This document shows, in pieces, positions 48,401 to 59,255 of a DNA stretch of 64,000 nucleotides. Positions within the stretch are counted from its first letter, which is position 1. Each line of letters starts with the position of its first letter. Source of the DNA: Malacoraja senta (Eukaryota); the NCBI GenBank assembly GCA_038087875.1, contig CM075988.1, positions 26,102,001 through 26,166,000 on the forward strand, given 5' to 3'. The translations under genes and the position numbers were made by a program. The notes under the pieces were generated by a model. The model was not told the origin of the DNA and made no database searches. It was given only the letters and a program-made list of their open reading frames with translations.

Positions 48401-51400
48401 TGTCTAGTCGTGGTCTGATGTCACACCACTGTGGCATTTGTGCAGGATGTCACATTTGAGGAAACACCAGCATCTCCAACGCTTCGAGATTAAGGGAAAA
48501 TCCCACCCCATGTCTTTTGTTGTTCAATCCTCTGAAAGCTGACACAAGGTTCTGTCCATAGCCCCGTAGGGGTCATGGTGTAGAGGGATTGGGATTAACC
48601 TCCACAAGGTTAGAACTTAGAAGGGTCCCATTCACCAGCCCCTACAACCTCTCCCGTGAGAATGAGAATTTGCTCATAATTAAGAATAATTGCTCTAATA
48701 ACCAAATTGATTTCGGACATTGACTGGGTATCTCAGAAATGAATTCCAATTGGACTGTTAGGGTGATGGTCAATATACAAATGTGTGATGTTGCAGTTTG
48801 TTACTTTAGAGGATTTGTGAGAATGCAACAAATGTGTCATTGGCCGTGGCCAAGTGGCATCAGCAGGACATTACCTGTAAACACCAATGGTGTGTGAAGC
48901 TTCAACAAAGCAATGTCATTATCATTGGAGTCTTGATTGTAGTCCCTGTGCACGATAATTTTTGAGACGAAACTCAGTTTGGCTTTAAAGAGTTGCCTTT
49001 GTGAAATTAAACCACTGTAGACTTTCCAATTGGATGTTTCAAATGCTTCTTCTCTGCAATGAAAGAAAGGCCAATCTCAGTTTCTAAGGCTTTGATTGAT
49101 TCTCTCACTGGCTGATACACACGTTTCCTCCCCCAAACTCGTCGACCACAATGCCAAGCAGCATGAACACACATGAAATGTCAGGGGTCCTCATTCAGCC
49201 TAATAGTAACCCTGACGATATCACTGAAGCCCCAACCTGATATTTGATCCCAAGGACTGACAAGATATCAGTGAGCATATTCCCACCAGGAGTCAAAGGC
49301 CATAAGGCAAAGACTTTAAATGTTTTGTACAGTTTCCTTGTGGGACTTGAAGATTTTAGTGTTAGAGATACAGCGTGGAAACATGCCCTTTGGCCCACTG
49401 AGTCTGCGCTGACCAACGACTTCCCATGCACTAGTTCTATCCAACGCACGAGGGACAATTTACAGAAGTCAATTAATCTACATAAACGTGGATGTCATTG
49501 GAATGTAGGAGAAAACTGGAACACCCGGAGAAAACCCATGCATTCACAGAGAGAACGTACAAACTCTGTACAGACAGAACCCATAGTCAGGATCGAACCC
49601 GGGTCTATGGCGCTGTGAGGCAGCAAATCTACCGTAGCACTGTGCCACCTTTTACATCGATCTTCAACTCCCCCACCCTAGATCCTGTCCCCCTACTGCT
49701 CATCTTGCACTATAGCTGAAGACTCATTTATACTCACTCAAAGATGCAGTGACGTGCAGTGATCACCCAGTCACGTGAAATGATGGTCCCACCACACACT
49801 GGCTTTGACTGGTAGTGGAGACTAACTTGCCATGGCCAATTCCCCTCTTTGCTTGCTGTTCCACCCACGATTCTGGATGATGTCTTGTACCTTTTGCCAC
49901 AATCTATATGCAAAGAGATAATATTCAAACAATTTAGTTTCTATTTTTGATTGTTCCTAAGGATAAGTTCCAAATTCATTATATACCCCAGTCCATCATG
50001 GGCATAGCCCTTCCCTCCATTGAAATCATCCACATGACGTGCTACTTCAAGTAGGTGGCATCTATTATCAGGGATGCTAACTCTCCGGGCCATGCCTTCT
50101 TCTCACTGCGACCGTTAGGCAAGAAGTACAGAGACTGAAGTCTCACATGAACAGGTTCAGAAACAGCTACTTTCTACCACCATCAGCTGCTTGAACCAAC
50201 CTGCACGATGCTAACATTAGCTCAGCAACTGAACACAATGGACCACCTCTGGAACTATCATGGACATGTTTCCTAATTGTATCTTGCACTCAGGCAACAC
50301 ACAAAAACATAATTTACACATAAACTCTACAAGACAGTGAAAAGCAAAAGACTAGCTTTTTTAGCAGATTTTTTTTTGTCTTGTAGAATGTATGGGTAGT
50401 TTAAGTTTTAGTCTACAGTCTGTGAACTTGTCTTGCTGCTGAAGACAACAACCTGGCTGCTCAACACCCGGCTTGAGATGTAACTATTCCTTTGGTTTAT
50501 GTTTCATTCGCAAGAAGAAGCTGCTGAAAGCAACATTGTCATCATGCCTGTACCTCACTGCACTTGGCTAGACTTGAAATATCATTGATATGTTTACCTC
50601 TATTGTGTCAACAAAATGGTTGACCTTCAGTGGCAATGATATAAACCTGCATTATCAATGGATTATAATAGATAATAGCATCTTGAACAGGATAGAGGAG
50701 GAGTATATACTGTTACAGACAATGTAAAGGGGATTTCATTACATTTCTAACCTGCACTCAACCTACCTAGTAAGTAGATAACAGTAGCACCGTGTTTAGG
50801 ATTGAATGAATCCCATTGCCCGGGATTGAAACTTTTTAGAAATAAAATTATTTAGTTTGAGCACAATTATGCTTACCAACACAATTTAGACTGACGACAT
50901 CTTTCGTCGGGCACTTGGTGCTGAAAGAAAGGGCAAGTCATTAATGATCCATCACAGATCAATGTTAGGCCAAAGCAGATTACAGTGCAGATTCATGTGA
51001 CATAGGGCAAGGTCATTGCAGGGTAACTGTTGGCTGATGTGATGTGTGATTAAACACAAGGTGTATTTAAATCTGAGCATAAAAATGAAAACTATCCGCC
51101 ACAAATTCTTCAATCCTTTTTCATGACTACATTCAAATTGTGACACTGTGTGTATTTGAGAAACAATGACTTCTCCTAAAACTGCAAGCCTCTACTCTCC
51201 TGCAGACACGGATTCTCATGTTCAGTTTGTGGGCTTCTGTTATTTGCATCACATTTGCAATGGGGGCAGTAAGTTAAACAACCCTAACCAATGCGAATGT
51301 CTTTAGATGAACAAGTAAACCCAAGGCTGAGCCTAGAGCACTAGGGGTGGGAGGGTTGATTGTCCAGCTGTAGTTACATAGAACATAGAACAGTACAGAA

Positions 51401-54400
51401 CAGGAACAGGCCATTTGGTCCACAATGTCTGTGTTGAACAAGATGCCACGTTAAACAAATCTAATCGACCTTTTGATGATCCATATCCCTCCATTCCCTG
51501 CATATACATGTGCCTATGCAAAAGCCTCTTAGACACCACTATCTGATCTGCCTCCATCACCATGCCTGGCAACGTGTTCCAGGCACATATCACCTTGTGT
51601 AAAAAACTTCAAGCACACATCTCCTTAAAACAATGCCCTTCTCAACTTAAAACTATGCCTTTTGGTCTTTGACATTTCAACCTGGGAAAAAGGTTCTGAC
51701 TGTCTACCCTATCCATACCGCTCATAATGTTATAGACTTCTATCATGTCTTCCCACAGCCTCCAACACTCCAGAGAAAACAACACAGGTTTGTCCAACAT
51801 CTTAGCGTGACATTGGGTAGAACATAGAACCAAAGCCTGTTGCAGCCTGAGCTTCCTGGTCTTTGGGGCCTCATCCGATACACTGATTGTTGATCTATTT
51901 CTCCAAGGATTTCATTTGTCAGTATCCTGACTTTTTATGTCTCCACGTGACAACTTAACCTCATAATTTAACCTCATGCAATTATTTGTCATTTCTTTCA
52001 CTGGTTATTTTTGGTACGGCCATATCATAATCTAGATAATTCTCTAGAGCTGAAAGACTATATTCTACACTCTGGAATGTTCCCTATTCACTGCCTGTTG
52101 TACTTGTGTTTTGGATTGATTCTACTCATGTACAGTACGATTTGACTGGATAGCATACAAACAAAGACTGATGGAGACATAAGAGAGAATGCAACAATAT
52201 TTAACTGCAGGGCTTCCTGCTACACCCTGTTCATCTGCTCCTTGTGTCCTGCGTGACATTTACCTTCTGCAGGTGACAATAATAAACCAATGCCAATGCC
52301 CCGCATCCCAAAGACATAAGGGTTGGTAGGTTAATTGGCTGCTGTAAATAGCCCCTGGAATGTAGGTGAGTGATGTAATCTGGGAGAGTTGACGGGAATG
52401 TGGGGAGGATAATGTGGTGGGTTCCGTTAGTAGGAGGTTAGTGTAGAGGTCATCCTACACGCTCTATGACCCGACGACAAGTCTCTCCAAGGAGCTCAAC
52501 AGCCCCTGTTCTTATTTTATTTAACAACCAGTAACACACACCTGGAGCTCAGGATACTTTGCAGGTTGGTCAGTTTTGGTGCTGCGTTGATAACAAGGTT
52601 TGAAGAAGAGTCTCCAATCAAACGCTTGGTTTGGTAATAACTGAAAAACAATTGCACAAGATGATCTTCCAGTGGTCGAACAATGTTGTATCCATTTAAT
52701 CTGAAAGAATATAAACTATGCTACAGCACAACAAAATGCTACCAAAACCACTGCAGATGAATGTGCAGATACTAGCGTTCAGAGGCAAGGGGGGAGACTG
52801 CTGGAACTTGAGAGAGAATGCAATAATATGGTCATATGGTAAGTGAAAGATATGGGGCCAATCAGGGACTGAGCAGGAAAGCTGCTCATTACAACTAATG
52901 CATGAAGGGTAAATCCAGCAACTGCAGGCCAATCAGGTTTATTTCAGAGGTGGACAAAGTGTTGGAAAATATAATAAGGTATAGAACTAACAATCACTTG
53001 GACAAGTATGGTTTGATTACTAAAGTCCGCATGGATTTATTAAAGGTTTTGAATGACAATTGTGTCAAATTTTGCTTTGAATGGACCTCGACCTTCATGC
53101 AATTAACCCTTCACATTCTGTACCAATATTCAACCCATGTCTGTCATAACTTAGCATCCCCATCATAGACGACTGCACCTCCTACAAGCCTCCAGCATCC
53201 CAACAGTAGGCCTTCCTGCTACACCCTGTTCATCTGCTACTTGTATTCTGCATGCCATGTCTAGACACTCGATCAATGTACCTTGTGAATCCCAGTTGTT
53301 GACATGTCTTGACTGCCAAAGTTTGACTCCAGGCTGTGTAACAAACAGGTGACCATTGCTTTTGTTCCCACCCGTAGACCTCCAGCTGTGATTCCATTCC
53401 GTTGAATCGCACTGGAAGAGTAAATTAAGTAATGGTTTAATTAAGTTATTTCCCTTTAATGGAAGATGTTTAATGAATGAGTGTGGGTCAAGCAGCTTAC
53501 CACATCCCAGTTCATCGCTGTTGTCCTCACATTCACTTATGCCATTGCACCGGATCACCGAGCTGGAGCAGCGGCTAATCGACTGTGTTGGATTCTCCTT
53601 CACGAACTTGACTAGCAGGAGGAAGCAAAGTAACTTGTTGACATTGTGTCAGTACATTATGAGATGTACATGTACTTGTGAGCGATTGTAAAGGACATTG
53701 TGGGATGAGTAGGCAATTATTCCCCTGATTATCGACCATTATCTAATTGAATGGTGAGAACAGCAACAAGGGGGCTGGATGGTGTTTTTCTGTCCCCATG
53801 TCCCTAATATGGCTAGCTGTTCAACTAACCTGAATCACCCATGGAGTGACCAGTAATGTTGGAAATTAAGAACAGAAGAAGACAACTTCTTCTTATAATA
53901 CAAACCCACTGTGTCAGTGAATGGCGGTTTCAGGGGATGAATGGCCTGCGTGTCCCTTGATTCCTGATATCCCTTCTTTACCATTAGGCAATGCCAAGTA
54001 ACAGATTCATCAGCTGGACTGTGTGTGTGTGTGCTTCCCACTGGCCATTCAGCTTTTCATTTTAGCCTTGTGTTCTTCAGCTACTGTCATCCACTCAATT
54101 ATTCATGTTTCACCAACGGAACTAGTTTAAATTTACTTACTAACAATCCAAGCACCAATGCCAACAATCGAAAGGCCCAGAAACAGGGAGATGATATAAC
54201 AGTAGGTCCTCCTCTTTGGATCGCAGCATTGTGTAGATTTGGTACCTGAAAGAAAACAGAGAAGATACTAAGGATTTTACACTAAGGGACAGACTGAAAT
54301 ACCTTGTGACTGAAGTGAACATACATATTGGTGAATCTCCTCGCCAAGTCTCCTAACTTGTTGGATGCACAATTGATACAACAACTGTGACAATCAGGGA

Positions 54401-55162
54401 AAATTGCCATTAAGTTCCACCAGGCTCATGACAAATTGCCACAGATGTTTATCCATAAAGTGTACAGTGAACAAGTAAAATTAAACATTCTGTGGTCTGA
54501 AATGTCCTGACCCAAAATGTCACCTATCCAGATATTGCCTGATCTCTGTACTTGCCCTTTGACATGACACACTGAACATTCAGGGGCTCTGCATCATGCA
54601 CTTTTGCCCAAAGACTCTATTACTGAACACTATAGTTTACAAATCCCTGTTTCATTCATCAATAGAATTTATCTTGATTAATTTCTTAACTCAAACAACT
54701 TTCTCTGCTATAAGATCTATATCTGTTCATGAATATGCATCCACACTGAGTTATGTATCTGACACACTTATATAATTAGGAACAAGAGTCTGTCTCATTA
54801 GACTCATCAGTCGTACACATGCACTCCCTCATGCATGGACACGTTCACCTGCAGAGTTAAACTCAGTCACGAATACAACACTCCCAGACACAATAAGACA
54901 TGTGTTCAAGACACATCCAAAACCTACTTTTGCCTTGGGTGACTTGAGTTGGTGGATGTGTTGGTCCTGGAGTGGGGATGTAATAAGGTTGGTATGCGGC
55001 ATTCCCAATGCCAGGGTAAGGTGCAGAAGGATATTGTCCAGAGCTGCTGTAAGGAGGTTGGCCCTGGGGCACGCTGGGGTAGGGTGGTGGTGGAAACCGT
55101 TCCTGGTTTTTTTTGTACGCTGGAGGTTGAATGTGTTCAGGCAAGTAATTGCCATAAAAGTT
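44898..55162 (-). CDS. TMPRSS13: TMPRSS13-like type II transmembrane serine protease, 5'-partial: join(complement 54928-55162, 54141-54245, 53501-53611, 53282-53411, 52542-52640, 50877-50920, 49738-49903, 48875-49053, 48158-48256, 47193-47335, 46394-46546, 44898-44909)
   Basis: 1476 nt open frame across GT-AG introns: Pro/Tyr-rich tail, TM, truncated 4-Cys LDLa ending SDELGCVRF (TMPRSS13-like), SRCR, R|IVGG activation site, His (TARHC), Asp (DIALLKL), Ser (GDSGGP), S1 Asp (GVDSCQ). Synteny with FXYD6. Confidence 0.9.
46394..46546 (-). CDS. TMPRSS13: TMPRSS13 catalytic Ser exon (GDSGGPLVC...[16 protein letters not shown]...AQME)
   Basis: 153 nt, phase 0/0, donor GAG|gtaact. Confidence 0.97.
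47193..47335 (-). CDS. TMPRSS13: TMPRSS13 protease-domain exon (LLEAPVNII...[15 protein letters not shown])
   Basis: 143 nt, contains the S1-pocket Asp, donor CAG|gtgcga. Confidence 0.96.
48158..48256 (-). CDS. TMPRSS13: TMPRSS13 protease-domain exon (DKIMPACLP...CWITGFG)
   Basis: 99 nt, acceptor tttattttcag-type, donor CAA|gtaagt. Confidence 0.95.
48875..49053 (-). CDS. TMPRSS13: TMPRSS13 catalytic Asp exon
   Basis: Encodes WKVYSG...[28 protein letters not shown]; donor CAG|gtaatg. Confidence 0.95.
49738..49903 (-). CDS. TMPRSS13: TMPRSS13 activation site and catalytic His exon
   Basis: Encodes [11 protein letters not shown]|IVGG...WPWQVSLH...CGG...WVITARHC; donor TGA|gtgagt. Confidence 0.96.
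50444..50520 (+). mobile_element. Short Vingi-like LINE 3' tail
   Basis: [11 protein letters not shown] followed by cattcgcaagaagaag, the same end architecture as 7220-7280. Confidence 0.45.
50877..50920 (-). CDS. TMPRSS13: TMPRSS13 SRCR exon 3 ([14 protein letters not shown])
   Basis: 44 nt, acceptor ctttctttcag, donor TTG|gtaagc. Confidence 0.9.
52542..52640 (-). CDS. TMPRSS13: TMPRSS13 SRCR exon 2
   Basis: 99 nt, phase 2/2, encoding [33 protein letters not shown]; acceptor tgtttttcag, donor CAG|gtgtgt. Confidence 0.85.
53282..53411 (-). CDS. TMPRSS13: TMPRSS13 SRCR exon 1
   Basis: 130 nt encoding [13 protein letters not shown]...WSPVC...KTCQQLGFT. Confidence 0.93.
53501..53611 (-). CDS. 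TMPRSS13: TMPRSS13 LDL-receptor class A exon
   Basis: Encodes [24 protein letters not shown]; donor GTG|gtaagc. Confidence 0.93.
54141..54245 (-). CDS. TMPRSS13: TMPRSS13 transmembrane exon ([35 protein letters not shown])
   Basis: Acceptor ttttctttcag, donor TTA|gtaagt; basic residues followed by a hydrophobic signal anchor. Confidence 0.9.
54928..55162 (-). CDS. TMPRSS13: TMPRSS13 cytoplasmic Pro/Tyr-rich exon ([16 protein letters not shown]...TQVTQGK)
   Basis: Acceptor ttctttattacag, donor AAA|gtaggt, phase 0/1. Confidence 0.82.
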
Positions 55163-55960
55163 CTGTAATAAAGAAAGAAAATAATTCAATATTAAATAAT
55201 TAATTTCACACCTTTCCTATTAACACCAATTGCATGGGGTCTGAAGAATTGATTGATTGATTGATTGATTGATTAGATTTTATTGTCATTTGAACCTCAA
55301 AGAGGCTCAAACGAAATTCCATTTCCACAGCCATACAAACAAAACAATTCCTACACGACACACAAACAATTCAATCTACAGACAAAACATCCATCACAGT
55401 GAATCTCCTCCTCACTGTGATGGAAGGCAAAGAAGGGTCTCGACCCAAAAAGTCACCTAGTCCTTCGGAGATGCTGCCTGACCTGCTGAGTTACTCCAGC
55501 ACTTTGTGTCTATCTGTGTGCCTAGTGATTTATTTTACCCAAATCGAATGCTTGGACACACAGTATACCACTGTATACAGTGTTTTGTGCCAACACTGAC
55601 AAACTGCTCATTATATTTTTAGTGTTGGTGGGAAGCGTATAGTTGCATTCTGACATTACAGCTCTGATTACACCTCATTGGCTGTCAGGGTTTTGGTTTG
55701 GGATGTTGTCAGATTGTGAGAGGTGCCATATAAATGCAGTTATTGCCTCTTCTGCTCCACCAGCATGACATATGAGTTCCTTTCGCATCAGTCAATTTGA
55801 GGGTGATTGTAAATTTGGGCCAAGTTACAATGGAGGGTTAAGGTCAGGAAGGACACAAGGAACCAAGCCAGCATTCTTACCCTCAGGGTGGGTGGGGTTT
55901 GAACTGATTACAAGAGTTACAAGGCAGAACAGTAATGAATCACAGGTTTCAATGGAATTT

Positions 55961-58900
55961 AATAGTAAGATAAAAATGAGAACTTAGCAGTTTGAAGTTT
56001 GATCTTTATTTTATGAGGAGTTACGTTGGTGATTACGCGAAGAACCCCGCCAGTGTGCCTGCGCGTCAATGTTCGAAGCAGCGGTGTGAAATCACAAAAA
56101 ACAACAAACGAAGTAATATAGTAACATAATAAAATGAGTAATTCAAGAACTTCCATCTGACCTTTATGATAGAGGGTTGGGTCGTGGTGGGCACGTAATC
56201 ACCAACGTAACTCCTCATAAAATAAAGATCAAACTTCAAACTGGTGAGTTCTCATTTAATGTTACTATTTTACTTCGGAGTCACGTGAGTGACTACGTGA
56301 AGATTTTAAAGCTTTGTGATTTCATGCCGCAGACAAATCCCGGCTTCTCACTGTATTGATTGACTCGGAACGAGAAATAATCAATAATGCATGAATAATA
56401 ACATTTGCCTGACAAATGCAGTAATTCATTTATTTGAATAAAAGAATTAACAGTATCCCCTTTAACCCAGGGAAATTTAAGCAGAACTTAATATAGTATC
56501 TGCAAACAGCCCCGTATTGGCAATAGGCCGATGGTAAAAGTGTTGAAACACCAACTTATTAGATCACCCGGCGGCTGTGAAAATATGGTCGACGGGACTT
56601 CCTTCGCCCTGGTCGTCAATGTTGCTGCTAAACTGAATGGAATGTAAAACCATCAATGTTCACACCTGCAGCAACCAAAACTTGTTTTTAACCATCTTAA
56701 AATAGTCTGGACTGACACTATCTTGTATGGTTTTTCGTGAATGATAAACAATCTTGTTTTCATATTTCATAAGACCTTTGTAGCCTCAATGTATTGCAAC
56801 AAATATGTCTTAACATATAGACATGGATCCATAGAATATGCTAATAAAACACTCTTGAATCCTATCACACCTGATCCTACTTCATTTGAGTAGGTCATAA
56901 AATGTAAAACATAACATAATCCTGAGGTACTTCCATCCTGTGTATCTGTAACTTTTGTAATGTTACAAGTGCCATAAGCATGACTACCTTCATGCTGAAC
57001 TTGGCCAAATCAGAATCGTACCAAGACTCCATTGATGAAGTAGCTTAAAACAACTCTATATTCCAGATTCCCTCCTAGGTTTAGAAGGTCTGGAATTAAA
57101 ATTTCTTTCATTAATCGGGAAATAAAAGAACGAAACTCAACAGGATGTCTTTCCAACCTCATCAATAAAAACAAGGAATAATATACTTCTGTCTGAATAA
57201 ATCACACTAACTCAACCCCTTAAATAGAGGTAAATCCAAGACATTTGAGACATGTGCCATACAACATTCCATATTCTTTTATACACAGAAATTATTTCCC
57301 CTCATTCTTTACATAATGGGAAAGCAGCATTTACAGAGTCACAACTCAGATTCACAAATGTACTGCTTTTGAGTACTCTTCCGCCAGACTGCTGTAAGCA
57401 TGTCCACAGCATGCCCAGACAATCCTCTTTTTTAAAACCTGCATCCATACAGGCATATTAGCTTTGTATAGCTTTACCCTTTACCCTGGGTAAATTACTA
57501 CCCTTTCAATTGAATCAAATAATCAATTGTTGTAAGTATCGTTAAACTTAATTTCTCGCTGGATGAATTAAACCCAACTTTCAAAAGTGGTTTGAATAAT
57601 TTGAGAGATATAACTCACTAATTCTCTTGTTCGTCCTAATTAGGACATCATCCAGTTAAGCCATCCACATCTGTCCTTGGACTCTAATTAGCCCCAAAAT
57701 TGGTTTTACCAATTTAGTGAAATTCTAGGAACTGAAGTTAACCCGTTAGACAGAACTTTGAATTGCCATAATTGTTCCTTCAGATAATTTTGGCTGTTTT
57801 TGCCTTAATATGTTCCCATAAGAACCAGGTCCACCTACCTCCTTTGTCATCTGAGTGACCTGTGGTCTCTGGCTCCACGCTTTTTCGTTTTCCTGCTGCA
57901 GGACATCAACTGTGCACCTGCTTCAATGGTCGATTTGATCCTGATGTAGGTCCAGGATTTTGTATGATGTCTGAAAGGATACGTCCTCTTTGCAGACTTG
58001 ACGACCATTGATGTTGTGATCAACTTTGCTGTTTTTGCCTCATTATCCAACTCTTTCCCACGATTCATGAGGTTTTTTCTCTGAAGAATAAGTTGAATGA
58101 CTGCACATTGCTGGGCTTTACAGAGTTGCTGCAACTTTGGGTTGATGGTGGACCGAATGGCATACTTCTTGAAACAATTCATCTTGAAGTGGGTGCTACA
58201 TAGCAACCTTAGTGCCACTTGATGCATTCCATCCATGGCCTCCATCCATTGTTTTGCAAATTGCAGTTGTTCATCAACCCAGCAGCTTCAATATTCTCTG
58301 CAGTTTACTTTCCTTAGGCTTACATGCCTTCGCCCATCTGACCCCTTATCTTGGTTCACTGCTAGTACTTTCAGCAATACGCAGTTCCTTGGGATCTCGT
58401 GCTTTTTTGGCATTTTCATCCATCGTAAGCTGCTAGAGCTGATGGCAGACACAATAGTTGATCACAGAGGCCACTTCCTTTCCAAGTGGCTCTCCTGACT
58501 CTGACGGGGCAGCGAATCGTACTGCCAGGAGTAAAACATCTGGCAGCTGCCGTCTTCGCTTGTATCGGCCTCACCGTCAGACTCAGGGTCAGAACTCTCA
58601 CAGAGCAGCAAATCGTACTGCCAGGAATAGCCCATCTGGCAGCTGCCGTCTTCACTTGTTTTGGAAACTCTGCTGACCCTGTGCACGCGCCTCATCAATG
58701 AGCCCTTTACTAGGTGCTGCTGACCTGGCTTCTGGAGCCTGGCTCTGACATCACTCCTCCTGGAGTATGTTTTGTTGGAGCAACCTGTGTACAGGTTCTC
58801 CATTTGGAATATCCACTCAGAAAGTGGTATCCAGCCTTGGAGGTGAATCCCAAACTGACTCTTGCTCCATGGCCCTGACTTGTATGTTGCCTAGCGCCCA

Positions 58901-59255
58901 ACTGACGCTGGCTCCGTTCTTTTCTTTAATACACAAGTCCACAGTTCGCCCCGCTCCCAGCCGGCGACTGTTGTAGGGTATGAGGCAGTCCTTTCCCGAC
59001 TTCATTCCCGCAGCTTTTTATCGACTTTGCCTTGCCCCACTGGTGCTGACTAAATTCACTTCAGCCCCAATATCCCCAGTCGCTATGCTGTCCGCTGGCG
59101 ACTGTACCGTGGTCAGAGGCGGCTGGTCGCCGACCGCAATCTCGCGACTCTCTATCGGCTGTGCCGCTCGCCTCCTCCCCTTGCCCGTTAAAGTCGTTAA
59201 ATTTGACACAGAACATGGGAAGTTCCAGATTTAGTTCACAGCTTGAAATCAATTA
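55961..59255 (-). mobile_element. Decayed DIRS1-like tyrosine-recombinase retrotransposon
   Basis: YR remnant (FTFHS..AAT...VPVDHIFTAAG*S...FQHFYHRP, about 56500-56670); RT remnant (FTKLVKPILG...*LDDVLI, about 57640-57745); low-complexity gag-like region 57850-59210; terminal inverted repeat/ICR-type structure 55961-56270. Confidence 0.85.
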
